A DNA stretch of 64,000 nucleotides, taken from IMG/VR virus record IMGVR_UViG_3300020473_000021, positions 32,001 to 96,000 of that record, one strand, 5' to 3'. Positions 27,788-38,237 of this stretch are shown in pieces (the stretch's first letter is position 1; each line of letters starts with the position of its first letter). Both the position numbers and the translations under genes were made by a program. The notes under the pieces are model-generated. The model was not told where the DNA came from. It was given only the letters and a program-made list of their open reading frames with translations, and did no database searches. This stretch comes from a virus.

Positions 27788-29038
27788 ATGCAATATAGCA
27801 TCGTTAGAACGTTAGGTAAGAACAAAGGATATGGTGGTCGATATACTGAGATTGATCTTACCGGATTGACCTTTAGAGACCTTTACCAAAATTACCTCGA
27901 CGTCCATTTCGAAGTTAGTCACCCAACCTACACACAACCTAAGTATGTGAAGTTGGAAGATTTTCAAACCCGCATTAGTAATGCAGACATCACACCGAAT
28001 GATTGGTTAGCATCAATCGACAATGAATCGCTCCCGACTGTAGAAGGTGAGCTTAAAATAGTTACTGACTTCGTTGGTCATCGCGATGCCTTTATGGCAG
28101 GTTACGATGTTGAACGAACCGTTATGGGTTATCATCCTGAAACTGAATTCCCCATGAAAGAACGTAAAGATCTATTGATGAAAAAAGACGGTGTGGATTA
28201 TTCTAAGTTGCAGGATAACTGCATCGTTACCGTTAACGGGTTTGTTCAACAAACTTCGGCATCTGAACATGGACTCTATATTGTCGATGGAGCATATGGG
28301 CAGGATAATGCTAATGAAACTACGATCGGTATTACATCGTTTGAAACGCTAGGTGGTATTGAAATTATCAATGTGGATGAGAATAATATCTACCAGCCTA
28401 ATGAAGATAACAAGCTTTACCAGTACACCTACGTCAATCTCGGCGTACCTACAGAGAACCGTGCTGTATTGATGGTAATGGGTGGCTATCTACATGTTCT
28501 CGATAACAGCTATAAATCGATCGGGGATGGGTTAGTTAGAATTGACTTTAACAACTACCCTCTTATCCAGCGCTATTATGAATCGATGGGCTATATCGAT
28601 TTAAGTAGTCTCGAATATACCCCGTTTGATAATAACGAATCGCAACGCTCTGTTAAAGAGTTGTTAGAAAGTAATTCGTTTATTAAGCAGATGCTGAACT
28701 TAAAGCAAACCTTCTTCATCGTTGTTAATAACCCTAACGTTTTTGTTGAGCGGTATCAGCTTGAGAAAAGCGGATTGGTTGGTACATTCTACTCTGAAGA
28801 AAGACCGATGTTGCCGTTAGTTACTCAACGTGGTAAGCTAAAAGAATATTGGTCGTATGAAGACGATGGTAAGTGGGTTGTTAATTGCAATAGTAACCTT
28901 GTCCCTAACTACATCTTTGAACAAACACAATATCGTAAGTTAGACAACGTAACGAATCAGCTGACTCCTTATACACCATACACTCACGACCGTGGGTTCT
29001 TATTGGGCATCGGTTCAGATTCCATAAAGGAAAAATAA
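27788..29038 (+). CDS. phiKZ-like conserved protein (possibly virion)
   Basis: GGAG RBS before ATG 27788; divergent from the fibre cluster; VTVNGF, VMGGYLH motifs. Confidence 0.7.
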   Translation: MQYSIVRTLGKNKGYGGRYTEIDLTGLTFRDLYQNYLDVHFEVSHPTYTQPKYVKLEDFQTRISNADITPNDWLASIDNESLPTVEGELKIVTDFVGHRDAFMAGYDVERTVMGYHPETEFPMKERKDLLMKKDGVDYSKLQDNCIVTVNGFVQQTSASEHGLYIVDGAYGQDNANETTIGITSFETLGGIEIINVDENNIYQPNEDNKLYQYTYVNLGVPTENRAVLMVMGGYLHVLDNSYKSIGDGLVRIDFNNYPLIQRYYESMGYIDLSSLEYTPFDNNESQRSVKELLESNSFIKQMLNLKQTFFIVVNNPNVFVERYQLEKSGLVGTFYSEERPMLPLVTQRGKLKEYWSYEDDGKWVVNCNSNLVPNYIFEQTQYRKLDNVTNQLTPYTPYTHDRGFLLGIGSDSIKEK

Positions 29039-29069
29039 GAGGGAGGGCTGATGCCCTCCCCTTATGACG
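29030..29069. terminator. Bidirectional terminator hairpin
   Basis: GGGAGGGC-TGAT-GCCCTCCC between convergent genes; A-rich tract left, TATGACG right. Confidence 0.8.
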
Positions 29070-29073
29070 TTTT

Positions 29074-29598
29074 CTATTTGATCGCTTCTTGGAACTCTGA
29101 AGATCCAGCTGGAAATTCTTCAACGATAGTCCAGATGATTTTCTTAACGACACCTTCAAGATTCTCAATGAAGTGTAGATACATAGGCATCTTTTCTTCG
29201 TCCGTGAGTGACGCATTAATAGCATCTTCAAAATCACCCACTAATGACATGGCGTTGTTTGTGGAAGCCGACACGGATGTACCACCATGTTCTGGATCAC
29301 CCGGATCGACAGCTACCGTGTTCCAAAACTCAGCAAAAGCTAAAGCAAGATCAGAAACATCAATAGCACTCGTTTTATCTAAAGCGCCAGCTAGGATACT
29401 TTCATCCCCACCTGAGTTCTTACCACCCAATACTTCACCATCTTTAGCGTAGTTATTGTACGCTTTAGCAAAACCCGTCGGGAAATCTCCCTTAGGCTTA
29501 ATGTCAGCCGGTTTAGGAGATCCGTCGGGGTTTATTGCTGCCACATCACAAATCAGTGCTGTGAGCTCCTGAGAGCATTTCATGGGATTCAATGCCAT
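29074..29598 (-). CDS. Hypothetical acidic protein, probably spike-associated
   Basis: ORF directly downstream of the spike-like gene; AGGTGG RBS. Confidence 0.7.
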   Translation of the reverse strand: MALNPMKCSQELTALICDVAAINPDGSPKPADIKPKGDFPTGFAKAYNNYAKDGEVLGGKNSGGDESILAGALDKTSAIDVSDLALAFAEFWNTVAVDPGDPEHGGTSVSASTNNAMSLVGDFEDAINASLTDEEKMPMYLHFIENLEGVVKKIIWTIVEEFPAGSSEFQEAIK

Positions 29599-29606
29599 GG
29601 TACCAC

Positions 29607-30575
29607 CTACTGGTTTGTATTGACTTTACTGTAAGATGCACCGCCTTTCTTAATCGATGGAATATCGATCTTCTTAACGGCTTGAATGGCAGATGTCTTA
29701 ATGCCTAAGTTACCGATGACTTGTGACTCATTGATCGCTTTCTCAAGATCCTTGTGTCCGTCACCGTGTGTGTCACCCAATACAGAAGGTTCAACAGCAT
29801 CATCCTCACCAAACTGCATCGTGGGGGCTTTTGCTGTATAGGGACCATCGCAGTGGATGTAGGCTTCTTTCTTGACATAACCATCTAGCTTACCATCACA
29901 ATGGAACTGGATAAGGTCTTTGGAATACGCGTAGATTGTTTTCTTATCTAAGGTAACCTCTGTCTTATCTCGGTTCTTTGCTGTGATGATACGTTCAGCT
30001 GAATCGAGGTGAATTGAATTATTGTCATTGTCAGCGACAAGGAACTTACCATTCTTAGTATCCAACTGAATTGTATATTCAAACGGCTCACCATCCGCTT
30101 GCGTTGTATGTAGAGTAATGTGTTTACCGTGAGTAGATACCTCAAGAGAATACATGTTGTCGCCGGGTTTAAGATCGGCGTATTCTTCTTTGGTAGCAGA
30201 CCACGCATAAATCACCGTCTCTAGACGCCTCAGATCGTCGTCTAAGCCTGTAGGAGACCAATAATACTTATCAGTATCACCATACTGCCAGATAAGTAAC
30301 CTTTCGCCTCTACGGACGTTAGGGGACGTTGTGCGGTTACTACCATGAACTGGTATCCATGTTGCTTTTAATGCACTACGTTGTTTTATCTTGACCGTGT
30401 ATTCTTTTTCAGAGGCATCCTCAGCAGACACATCGGTCTCGGTGATGGAGTCAACAATATCTCCATCTCCCATCGGTAGTACTTCGATTGGCACTACACG
30501 TAATTCATGTGAATCTAATTTCTTGTTTTCGGCTGCAATACCAATGGAAAACAATTTCATCTTTGACATAAACAT
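29607..30575 (-). CDS. Virion protein, phiKZ gp164-like (baseplate spike-like)
   Basis: SIGIAAENK..A.W.P..SNR.TSPNVRRGE...D.DKYYW...RRLETV; beta-repeat C-half; divergent from the SbcC gene as in phiKZ. Confidence 0.7.
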   Translation of the reverse strand: MFMSKMKLFSIGIAAENKKLDSHELRVVPIEVLPMGDGDIVDSITETDVSAEDASEKEYTVKIKQRSALKATWIPVHGSNRTTSPNVRRGERLLIWQYGDTDKYYWSPTGLDDDLRRLETVIYAWSATKEEYADLKPGDNMYSLEVSTHGKHITLHTTQADGEPFEYTIQLDTKNGKFLVADNDNNSIHLDSAERIITAKNRDKTEVTLDKKTIYAYSKDLIQFHCDGKLDGYVKKEAYIHCDGPYTAKAPTMQFGEDDAVEPSVLGDTHGDGHKDLEKAINESQVIGNLGIKTSAIQAVKKIDIPSIKKGGASYSKVNTNQ

Positions 30576-30647
30576 AGTAAATTACACCCGTGGTTAATAC
30601 ATACAGTGGGGCGTCACTGTATAGAAACATAATAAAGTGAGTCCGAT

Positions 30648-33146
30648 ATGCGAATACAGGAATTAGAATTAAAAGGATACAAGCGCTTAGGGTTAAGCGA
30701 TATCCGTCATATCCGCATTGATTTAAATAGTGACTATCAAGTCATACTTGGTTCTAATGGTAGCGGTAAGAGTTCGTTGCTTAATGAACTATCGCCATTA
30801 CCTGCTCAACCAAAACAATACAGTAAAGGTGGTTTTAAACGGATCGTCATCCACCACCACGGTAAAGAGTATGTTCTCATATCAAACTTCGATGGGAAGA
30901 ACCATCACTCATTTAAAGTCGATAAAAACGAACTTAATGAGGGTGGGACCATAACCGTACAACGCGACTTAGTTAAAGAACACTTTAACATCACAGACGA
31001 GCTCTTTCAGTTAATCTGCGGTAAGCTAAAGTTCACGCAGATGACAGCGTCTAAACGTCGTGAGTTCTTCACGCGTATGTCTAATAATGACTTGACTTAT
31101 GCTTTCGATATCTTCAAACGATTAGCATCAAAAACTCGCGATGAGCAAGGTGCTGTGAAACATTTAAAGAATCGCATTGCATCTGAGACCGACTTACTTC
31201 TATCGATGGAAGATGACGAGTTAGAAAAGAAAGTTGATAAGCTTCAAAAAGAACTAACGTTGTTAATGGAGCATCGTCGTGTGGATTTACCCAAAGCCGT
31301 TGAGGCTGAAAGAGTATTGAATGAGTCGTTAGATTCTATTAACTCAATATCTACTGAAATATTGGAAGCGCCATTTAGGCAACCTAGTGAAGAACACTTC
31401 GAGAACCTCGAGTCTTTAAGTGTGGCTTGTCAGAAATTATCAAGTGAGTTGTCGGCACAACAACAAATACTCAGTCACTACTCAGAAGAACATGAACGAA
31501 TGACTCGTCTTGTCGGTGAGATGAGTGAGGTCGGTACGACATCTGTCGATGAGTTGAAGGAAAGACTTTCTAGTATCGAAAAAGAAATCGAACAACGTAA
31601 GTCTAAGATCAAAGAATTTGAGTTTAAAGGTGATGTGAGTAACCTCATCGCTAAAGCTCAGGAGATCAAATCTCAGCTTGTCGATACGTTAGGTGCCCTA
31701 CCGGACAACTCAAACCTTAAATACTCTCGTGAGCGCGGACAGAACGCTCTAGACGCCATCGACAACCTTACTCGTGAACAAAGTCATGTTCTGTCTAAGA
31801 TACGCCGTAATGAAGAGCACATCCAACACATCAAAGATGCTAAAAACATCGAATGTCCAGATTGTGGATATCGTTGGAAGCCAGGTGTGTCGGAGCATGA
31901 GCTAAGACAACTTGAAGAAGAAGTTGTTTCGCTTGCTAATCGTGAAGGTGAAATTAAGCAGAAGTTGAGTGAGCTTCGAGAATATCGAGAGTCTTACGAT
32001 TCTTACGTCACCATGTTTAATAGACTTCGGGGTATTGCACACAGCTATCCTGAGGCTAGTAACTTATTCGATTGGTTACTCGATAAGGATCGTATCATAC
32101 ATCAGCCGTCACAACACATACCTAAGATCGACGTATGGATGGATGACTTGTATATACACAACGATCTATGGTCATTGCAGAACAACTCAAAGCTTTTACA
32201 TAGTGCATTGCAAAAAGCGGAGATGTTGGGTGATGGTGAGGCTGGCCATATTGAGGGTAGCTTACGGTCTATTGAAAAGAATGTCGAGGAGACAAACGCT
32301 AATATAGCTAAAATCCGTGAGAAGAAAGATCGTTATGATCGTGCTTTGGTTCAAGCAAAACATCGGATGAAGTTATACGAGCGACTCAACAGTCTACACT
32401 CACACTTCATGGATCAGTTAGATATCGTTTACAACGCACAACGTAATGATGTCATATCGAACTTAATCGATGAACACCAAGGACTACTTGCTGTTAATAG
32501 ACGGAAGTTGAATGAACGTCAATCGGTTTCTAACATCATTGATGATTTAACTAAGTCATTACAGACAGTGGAGCAAAGCTATCTTGATCACAAGCTTTTG
32601 TGTCGTGCGCTGTCGCCCACTGATGGCATCATCGCTAAGCAGTTGACTACGTTTATCAATGCAGTCGTCATGCAGATGAATGATATCTTGTCCCAGATCT
32701 ATACCTACCGGATCGAGATACAACCTTGTGGTATCGAATCCAACGACTTGGACTTTAAGTTTCCGTTGATTGCCGAGTCAACAGGTGGTACAGATGCCAA
32801 GGATGTAAGTGAGGGTTCTGAAGGTCAACAAGAAGTAATCAACTTTGCGTTTCAATTGATTGCTATGTTGTATATGGACTTTGAAGACTATCCCTTATTC
32901 TTAGATGAGGTGGGTCGTGCTCAAGATGAGCAGCATATGACAAACATCATGAACTATGTTAAATTGTTGATTGATTCTAATCGACATAGTCAACTATTTA
33001 TGATTAGTCACTTCGCGGCAGGTCATGGTGCATTTACTAACGCTAACTTCTTAGTGTTGAATCCAGCGAACATCTCAGTTCCGATCAACCATAATGAAAA
33101 TGCGGAGATCAACGAACAATGTCAAGACACAAAAGAGGTAGCGTAA
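30648..33146 (+). CDS. sbcC: SbcC/Rad50-like SMC ATPase (phiKZ gp165-like)
   Basis: Walker A GSNGSGKS, long coiled coil with CPDC hook, GSEGQ signature, LFLDE Walker B, ISH. Confidence 0.9.
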   Translation: MRIQELELKGYKRLGLSDIRHIRIDLNSDYQVILGSNGSGKSSLLNELSPLPAQPKQYSKGGFKRIVIHHHGKEYVLISNFDGKNHHSFKVDKNELNEGGTITVQRDLVKEHFNITDELFQLICGKLKFTQMTASKRREFFTRMSNNDLTYAFDIFKRLASKTRDEQGAVKHLKNRIASETDLLLSMEDDELEKKVDKLQKELTLLMEHRRVDLPKAVEAERVLNESLDSINSISTEILEAPFRQPSEEHFENLESLSVACQKLSSELSAQQQILSHYSEEHERMTRLVGEMSEVGTTSVDELKERLSSIEKEIEQRKSKIKEFEFKGDVSNLIAKAQEIKSQLVDTLGALPDNSNLKYSRERGQNALDAIDNLTREQSHVLSKIRRNEEHIQHIKDAKNIECPDCGYRWKPGVSEHELRQLEEEVVSLANREGEIKQKLSELREYRESYDSYVTMFNRLRGIAHSYPEASNLFDWLLDKDRIIHQPSQHIPKIDVWMDDLYIHNDLWSLQNNSKLLHSALQKAEMLGDGEAGHIEGSLRSIEKNVEETNANIAKIREKKDRYDRALVQAKHRMKLYERLNSLHSHFMDQLDIVYNAQRNDVISNLIDEHQGLLAVNRRKLNERQSVSNIIDDLTKSLQTVEQSYLDHKLLCRALSPTDGIIAKQLTTFINAVVMQMNDILSQIYTYRIEIQPCGIESNDLDFKFPLIAESTGGTDAKDVSEGSEGQQEVINFAFQLIAMLYMDFEDYPLFLDEVGRAQDEQHMTNIMNYVKLLIDSNRHSQLFMISHFAAGHGAFTNANFLVLNPANISVPINHNENAEINEQCQDTKEVA

Positions 33147-33415
33147 AAACCTACCGCCTGATGGCAGTAAAAGAGGATAGGGTCATCACGACCCTAAACC
33201 TCGATCTAAACGAAACGACTATCGATGGTTTAAATAAAGATCACTTCAGGCGCATCAACGTTAGAATGTTAGGTTGGGAGATATATCTACATCTAGGCGT
33301 GAGTGCGAGAGTGAAAGCATTCGATGGTGTAGTTGTGTGGGAAGGTAGAGAGAAGATTGTGGGTAAGTTTACGTGGGATGAGTACGTAGAATCCGGTAAC
33401 CAAAAGTCGATTTAA
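33119..33415 (+). CDS. Hypothetical protein
   Basis: ORF overlapping the sbcC end; start uncertain. Confidence 0.55.
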   Translation: MSRHKRGSVKTYRLMAVKEDRVITTLNLDLNETTIDGLNKDHFRRINVRMLGWEIYLHLGVSARVKAFDGVVVWEGREKIVGKFTWDEYVESGNQKSI

Positions 33416-33419
33416 AAAA

Positions 33420-33446
33420 TTCATAGACCTATATTGTAGATGTGAG
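33420..33446 (+). promoter_or_regulatory. Putative early promoter
   Basis: TTCATAGACC-TATATTGT-AGATG-TGAG. Confidence 0.6.
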
Positions 33447-33478
33447 TTTGCATATAGAAACATCAAAGGGGATGTAAT

Positions 33479-33892
33479 ATGAATAATGTAATCGAATTGG
33501 TAGAAAACAGTAGCCCACTAAAAGCTGCATATAACTGGTTCATGTATGGTTGGAAAAGAAAAACCTACTACACAGCAATCAGTTTAGTTCAAGGTGAAAC
33601 GGAAGAACTTGTTGAATTTTCTATCAAGTTGACGTTTAATCGTGAAATCAAGACTCCTTCCACTGCAAGTAATGCAGCTAAGGTTGTTGTCGATAAGTTA
33701 AAACTTAAAGGTAAGCTTGAGGGCTTTGAAGAAGATATGTTTGCTGTTCGCTTCTTTGACGCTGATCCATCTAATGGGAAATTAGTAAATGGGTTTGCCG
33801 TTAAATGTGGTGGCGTCATGTCTCAGATCTCTGAATTTACCACGCGTGTGAGTGAAGAGAAAATCAAAAGCTTAAAGCCACTGTCTTTATAA
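33479..33892 (+). CDS. Hypothetical early protein
   Basis: ORF with GGGG RBS after the promoter. Confidence 0.75.
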   Translation: MNNVIELVENSSPLKAAYNWFMYGWKRKTYYTAISLVQGETEELVEFSIKLTFNREIKTPSTASNAAKVVVDKLKLKGKLEGFEEDMFAVRFFDADPSNGKLVNGFAVKCGGVMSQISEFTTRVSEEKIKSLKPLSL

Positions 33893-33946
33893 TCGAATAA
33901 TTTAAATTAAAAACTTCTAATTAAAAATACAAAAAGGAAAAACACT

Positions 33947-34165
33947 ATGTCTAACGTAACTACTTTCTTCTCAAACAATCCAGATGCTCCAGCACAGATC
34001 GTCATTGCCGAGCCAATACCGAAAGATGAGCCCATCATTAATATCGATTTAAATGGCGTGGGTGTCATGTGTAAAGGTGGACAATGGTTCCAGTATGTTA
34101 CTGGTGGTAAAATCGCTATCGATGGTCCTGGTGACCTGCGTGAAGATCCAGTTCTTCACGCATAA
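33947..34165 (+). CDS. Small hypothetical protein
   Basis: AAGGA RBS; followed by a terminator. Confidence 0.75.
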   Translation: MSNVTTFFSNNPDAPAQIVIAEPIPKDEPIINIDLNGVGVMCKGGQWFQYVTGGKIAIDGPGDLREDPVLHA

Positions 34166-34173
34166 GCAAATAG

Positions 34174-34202
34174 TGGGGTGTTCTGCACCCCATAATTTTT
34201 TT
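34174..34202 (+). terminator. Intrinsic terminator
   Basis: TGGGGTG-TTCTG-CACCCCA plus T-tract. Confidence 0.8.
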
Positions 34203-34263
34203 GACTGTTTAGCACTTTAGTATGGACAAACACACACTTACTTGTAAGTGCTAAGGATTTTAA

Positions 34264-34959
34264 ATGTTAAGACCATCTATGTTTAATGAATCGAATGAAA
34301 CAAAAGACGATTTCGGTTCACAGGTCGAGAACATATTCGATCATTACTTCAGAGCAAACCAAGCCGCTATGTCAACTGAATCATCGCAAGAGGATGAGAT
34401 TGAGAAGGTTTGGTTTATCAAGATCGATGACTTCTCGCAATTTGAAAAGTCGATTCTTACAGAGCATCACGTTCAATGGGAATATCGACTGAAAGATCCT
34501 GACGGTAAACCATTAGGTACAGAACGTTCTCGTGAAATCAATCATGGTGAGCGTTATGAGCTAACGATTAAGTCATATCGTAAGGATGGTGCAGGTTCGG
34601 TAGAGACGACGCTTGACTCCACCGCAGAAATGCACGAAGTTATCTCTAACCTCGCCGATAGAGCTTTACACAAGACGCGCTATCTTGTACCATCGGGTGT
34701 TATGGTTGAGGTAATGGATGAGAAGGGAGAACCAACAGAGAAAGAACTTATCTGGGAAGTGGACGCGTTCTTAATGGAAGACGGTTCATTCTATCCTTGG
34801 GTTAAGATCGATCTTGAAGTACCACATGAAAAGGTGGATTCTCCCGCACTACCTTTTAAGTATGTCGATGCTATCAATGTATCTTACGACGTAACTGTCA
34901 CTGAAGAGCAACGCGCTATCGTAGATTCTATCTTCGATGCTGTTAAGCGTAGCAAATAA
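34264..34959 (+). CDS. CYTH-like (triphosphate tunnel) protein
   Basis: EIEK, R.R, LTIK, E, KTRY, WEVD.F, KIDLEV motif series. Confidence 0.75.
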   Translation: MLRPSMFNESNETKDDFGSQVENIFDHYFRANQAAMSTESSQEDEIEKVWFIKIDDFSQFEKSILTEHHVQWEYRLKDPDGKPLGTERSREINHGERYELTIKSYRKDGAGSVETTLDSTAEMHEVISNLADRALHKTRYLVPSGVMVEVMDEKGEPTEKELIWEVDAFLMEDGSFYPWVKIDLEVPHEKVDSPALPFKYVDAINVSYDVTVTEEQRAIVDSIFDAVKRSK

Positions 34960-34982
34960 AAAATTAAAAACGAGGAGCTATC

Positions 34983-35570
34983 ATGCAACAGACTCGCCTT
35001 ACAACGGAAAACGTATCACCAAAGCTTTTGGATAAGCTGGCTGTAGAAGAAGCTGGTCTATTAGGGCCCTATACTCGTGCTGAGTATGAAAAGCTATTGA
35101 CGGTTGATGGTGGTAGTTGGGAGTTTGTATTCGTACCCAGTAAACTGGATGAGAATTTTGGTCAGTTGAAGATCCGACCTAAGTCCACTCAATCAACGCG
35201 ATTGTTAGATAAGGGTCGTGCATTGAAGTTGAAAGATCTCAATTTGGATAAAGACTATCCACTGGGAACCTTGATCAATTTCATTGGTGCTACTAAACGT
35301 GACCCCGTTGGTCGTATTAAGAAAGTTCAAGAGTTCTTACTCAATAACTGGGAAGCGTTTGAAGATGCATTTCCTGAGAAACCATCTGACGATGAGTTTC
35401 ATCAGTGGATGATGCAATTTAAAGCTTATCGTTTTAAACCGTTTCAAGTGGATGGTGTTCGTAAGCTGATGCCCGCGACTGTTAAAGCTATGCGTAAGCC
35501 TAGCGCACAGAAAGCAACTACACCACGCCAACAACGTAACAAGCGACAGTTCAACAAGAAACAAGCGTAG
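34983..35570 (+). CDS. Hypothetical protein with basic tail
   Basis: GAGGAG RBS. Confidence 0.8.
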   Translation: MQQTRLTTENVSPKLLDKLAVEEAGLLGPYTRAEYEKLLTVDGGSWEFVFVPSKLDENFGQLKIRPKSTQSTRLLDKGRALKLKDLNLDKDYPLGTLINFIGATKRDPVGRIKKVQEFLLNNWEAFEDAFPEKPSDDEFHQWMMQFKAYRFKPFQVDGVRKLMPATVKAMRKPSAQKATTPRQQRNKRQFNKKQA

Positions 35571-35588
35571 TCCGTAAAGCGAAAATAA

Positions 35589-35634
35589 ATACATGGGAGG
35601 CAAGCGCCTCCCATGTATGCTGTCTTTATTTTTT
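35589..35634. terminator. Bidirectional terminator
   Basis: 13-bp stem ATACATGGGAGGC/GCCTCCCATGTAT between convergent genes. Confidence 0.85.
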
Positions 35635-35635
35635 G

Positions 35636-36262
35636 TTAGATCAAGTTGTTATCGATCAATATCTTCTCTAACGTCTTAATCCTTTCATAAAGCTCTTGGT
35701 TCTTCTGACGTTCTTTGAGGTACTTAGCGTGATCGGTATCTTGATACGTTATGTTGTCAAGACGAGATGCTTCCAGCGCCTCATGTTCAGACTCTGTAAT
35801 GTTTCCAGAATACGGTGCAAGATGTAGGTTAACATCCGGTACCTTACCCAACACTTCAGAACCTACCGTACCCAACCGCACTTTAACATCATCCAAGTCG
35901 ATGCTCTCTGGCAGTAGAGCAAAATCAACCGACAATACCACACGATTGTAGCGAACACCCCCCAATGAAGGAAACGATAGGATATACGTATCTGGTATAT
36001 AAATGACTTCTCTGTTTTGAGAAGGATCATCGATAACTAGAGTTACGATATTCGCCTTCGCTTCCTTATCTTGAGTAAACGTTTCGCGTGAGATGCCTTT
36101 AGGTTCGTAGTACTGACTATAGACATCTATGTTCTTCTGATAAAGATCGTCAAATGAACGGACAGCTTCACAAACATAGACCTTACCATCGGTAACGCTA
36201 AACGGTGTCTTAACTTGGTAAGTACCGCGTGCACCGACAGTGGGTGTCATTTTAACTGCCAT
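35636..36262 (-). CDS. phiKZ-like conserved hypothetical protein
   Basis: ORF downstream of the gp157-like gene; YIPDTYILSFP motif. Confidence 0.75.
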   Translation of the reverse strand: MAVKMTPTVGARGTYQVKTPFSVTDGKVYVCEAVRSFDDLYQKNIDVYSQYYEPKGISRETFTQDKEAKANIVTLVIDDPSQNREVIYIPDTYILSFPSLGGVRYNRVVLSVDFALLPESIDLDDVKVRLGTVGSEVLGKVPDVNLHLAPYSGNITESEHEALEASRLDNITYQDTDHAKYLKERQKNQELYERIKTLEKILIDNNLI

Positions 36263-36277
36263 ATCAACTATCCTTCA

Positions 36278-37603
36278 TTATGTCTCAATCGGAACGTCAA
36301 AGATCTCATTGTACGATTTCTGAGAAACCACAAGATATTGCACCTGATCGTGCATCATAGCCACATACATCACGTTATCCCGAATGACTCGAGTATAACC
36401 CAACGGCACGTCACTGAATGTATCCATAGTCTCAGCGATCTTAAGCATTTCTGAGAACTTCATCACCCACTCTTGCGTAATGGGGCTCATTCGACCAAAC
36501 TCATTTGAAGAGGTTGGGATGACGATGTAGTCTGGGAACTGTGCTTTGAATGTGTAGATACCATCGCGGTTCTCAGTACCACCCACCACGATAAACCCGA
36601 GTGACTTATAGTTGGCTACCGATACCTGTGTGTATTGATCTACATGCACGTCTGGATATTGCGTTGCTGTAGCGCGCGCTTTCTCCAAGATAATGTTGTA
36701 GTCAATGATAGGACTGTTTAATCCAGCTGTAAGCGTTTCATTAGGAATACTGTATTCATCCCAAAGTGGAGTAATCAAAAACTCCGTAACCTTGAATAGG
36801 TCGGGAATGAATTTCTCCCACTCATCTTCAGGGTAGGCGCTATTTTCAAGAACCCACTCTACAGTAGCACGACGGATACGGTCAAGCGTATTACCAGCAG
36901 CACCATAAATGATAACAGTCCACGGTGTAGATAGCTCATACTCCATCTGCAATGGATTATGCCATGTATACATATCGACACGTGTATGGGTATCGGGATT
37001 CTGTTCACGGGTTTGCTCGATACGAAGCATCCGCTTAGAATCATCCATCTCATCTAAAAGCGCCTTAACTTCTTGAGGCGTCTTAAATAAGTCATCCACA
37101 TTCTCAACAGGTGGAACAACCAATATCTCATACTCGTCGTATTGACGACGGAATGAATCGTCAGAGAACCAAATCTTGATGTAGTTATCGTCTTGATTTC
37201 TGACTTTAAATTGGATATACTCAGGTAAGAAATTACCTTGAGAATTTTCTAACATACGACCTGTAGTTAGATCAGATATCTGTTCAGAGAATTCATTGAG
37301 TACTTTCGTTACGAAGTCATCAGGTTCACCGATCAAGATACCATTGACTGAATTCTCATACATCCATTGACCAAGATGTAAAAGAACGTCAGAATGTGTA
37401 GAGGGTACGACAACATCAAGACCGTTCGTGTCGACGCTGTGGAAGCTAACAAAGTCGACATCGGGGTACTGTGAGTTATTGTAATATCCCAATTCACGCG
37501 AGTAGGTTTTAGCGTGGGTAGACAATTCACCGAGCGTTGCAATTTGCCCTGGGGCGTTATCTGCGAGCGCTTGGATTGTCATGAACCCTTTAAGCATGTA
37601 CAT
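36278..37603 (-). CDS. Virion structural protein (phiKZ gp157-like)
   Basis: MYMLKGF...GELST..TY, KIWFSD..F..QYDEYEI, YG.AGN, PDLFK.TEF; synteny with RNase H. Confidence 0.7.
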   Translation of the reverse strand: MYMLKGFMTIQALADNAPGQIATLGELSTHAKTYSRELGYYNNSQYPDVDFVSFHSVDTNGLDVVVPSTHSDVLLHLGQWMYENSVNGILIGEPDDFVTKVLNEFSEQISDLTTGRMLENSQGNFLPEYIQFKVRNQDDNYIKIWFSDDSFRRQYDEYEILVVPPVENVDDLFKTPQEVKALLDEMDDSKRMLRIEQTREQNPDTHTRVDMYTWHNPLQMEYELSTPWTVIIYGAAGNTLDRIRRATVEWVLENSAYPEDEWEKFIPDLFKVTEFLITPLWDEYSIPNETLTAGLNSPIIDYNIILEKARATATQYPDVHVDQYTQVSVANYKSLGFIVVGGTENRDGIYTFKAQFPDYIVIPTSSNEFGRMSPITQEWVMKFSEMLKIAETMDTFSDVPLGYTRVIRDNVMYVAMMHDQVQYLVVSQKSYNEIFDVPIET

Positions 37604-37703
37604 GTGTTAACTCCTACAGTGTAATTCTATGATATTTCCTAACTTACAAAATCATTACAGAGACATAGTAAGTGGGTAAGAAACTTTTTACGCTCGTCAT
37701 AAC

Positions 37704-38237
37704 ATGATTAACGTCGTGGGGCGATTAGATAAGATAGAAGGTATGTTTTTCGTAAAATTTGTTAAGCTATTTAACACACTACGGCCATTCTTCGCGGAGA
37801 TATTCTTACCGGGTGAAACCGATAAGGATAAGATCGCCAAAAATAGAACACTGACTATCATCACATTGATTGTTGCGCTCAACTTGTTTTTATTCACTAA
37901 TAAGATTGTTGTCTTCAACCCCCCTTGGGGGAGAGATGAAGAATCTACAAGTGATAAAAATGAAGTGGTCGCTGATAGTCCAAATAAAGTGTGGTTGGAT
38001 TTCTTGGAAGATCAAATGAAAGATCACGTCAATGAAATCGCAGAGTTAGAGCAGCAACTTGAAAGTAGTGAAGCTGAACTCGACGCTGAGAGTGAGTTAA
38101 ACAATCAACTCAGAAGAGAGATACAATCTCTCAAAGATAAAATCAGTCTACTCAAAAGTCAAATAGAAAAGGGAGCAAGCTCTCGAGACATCTACGAGAG
38201 ACTGAAGGAGTTAGAGGAGAATAGAAATGTTGATTAG
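37704..38237 (+). CDS. Inner-membrane spanin candidate
   Basis: Single TM helix followed by a long coiled coil; overlaps a downstream lipoprotein; start may be 37743. Confidence 0.55.
   Translation: MINVVGRLDKIEGMFFVKFVKLFNTLRPFFAEIFLPGETDKDKIAKNRTLTIITLIVALNLFLFTNKIVVFNPPWGRDEESTSDKNEVVADSPNKVWLDFLEDQMKDHVNEIAELEQQLESSEAELDAESELNNQLRREIQSLKDKISLLKSQIEKGASSRDIYERLKELEENRNVD

Noticed and set aside
30601-30622. Inverted repeat ATACAGTG-N6-CACTGTAT between the divergent spike and sbcC genes
   Set aside because: A single short instance with no T-tract and no second copy noticed; no function can be supported.
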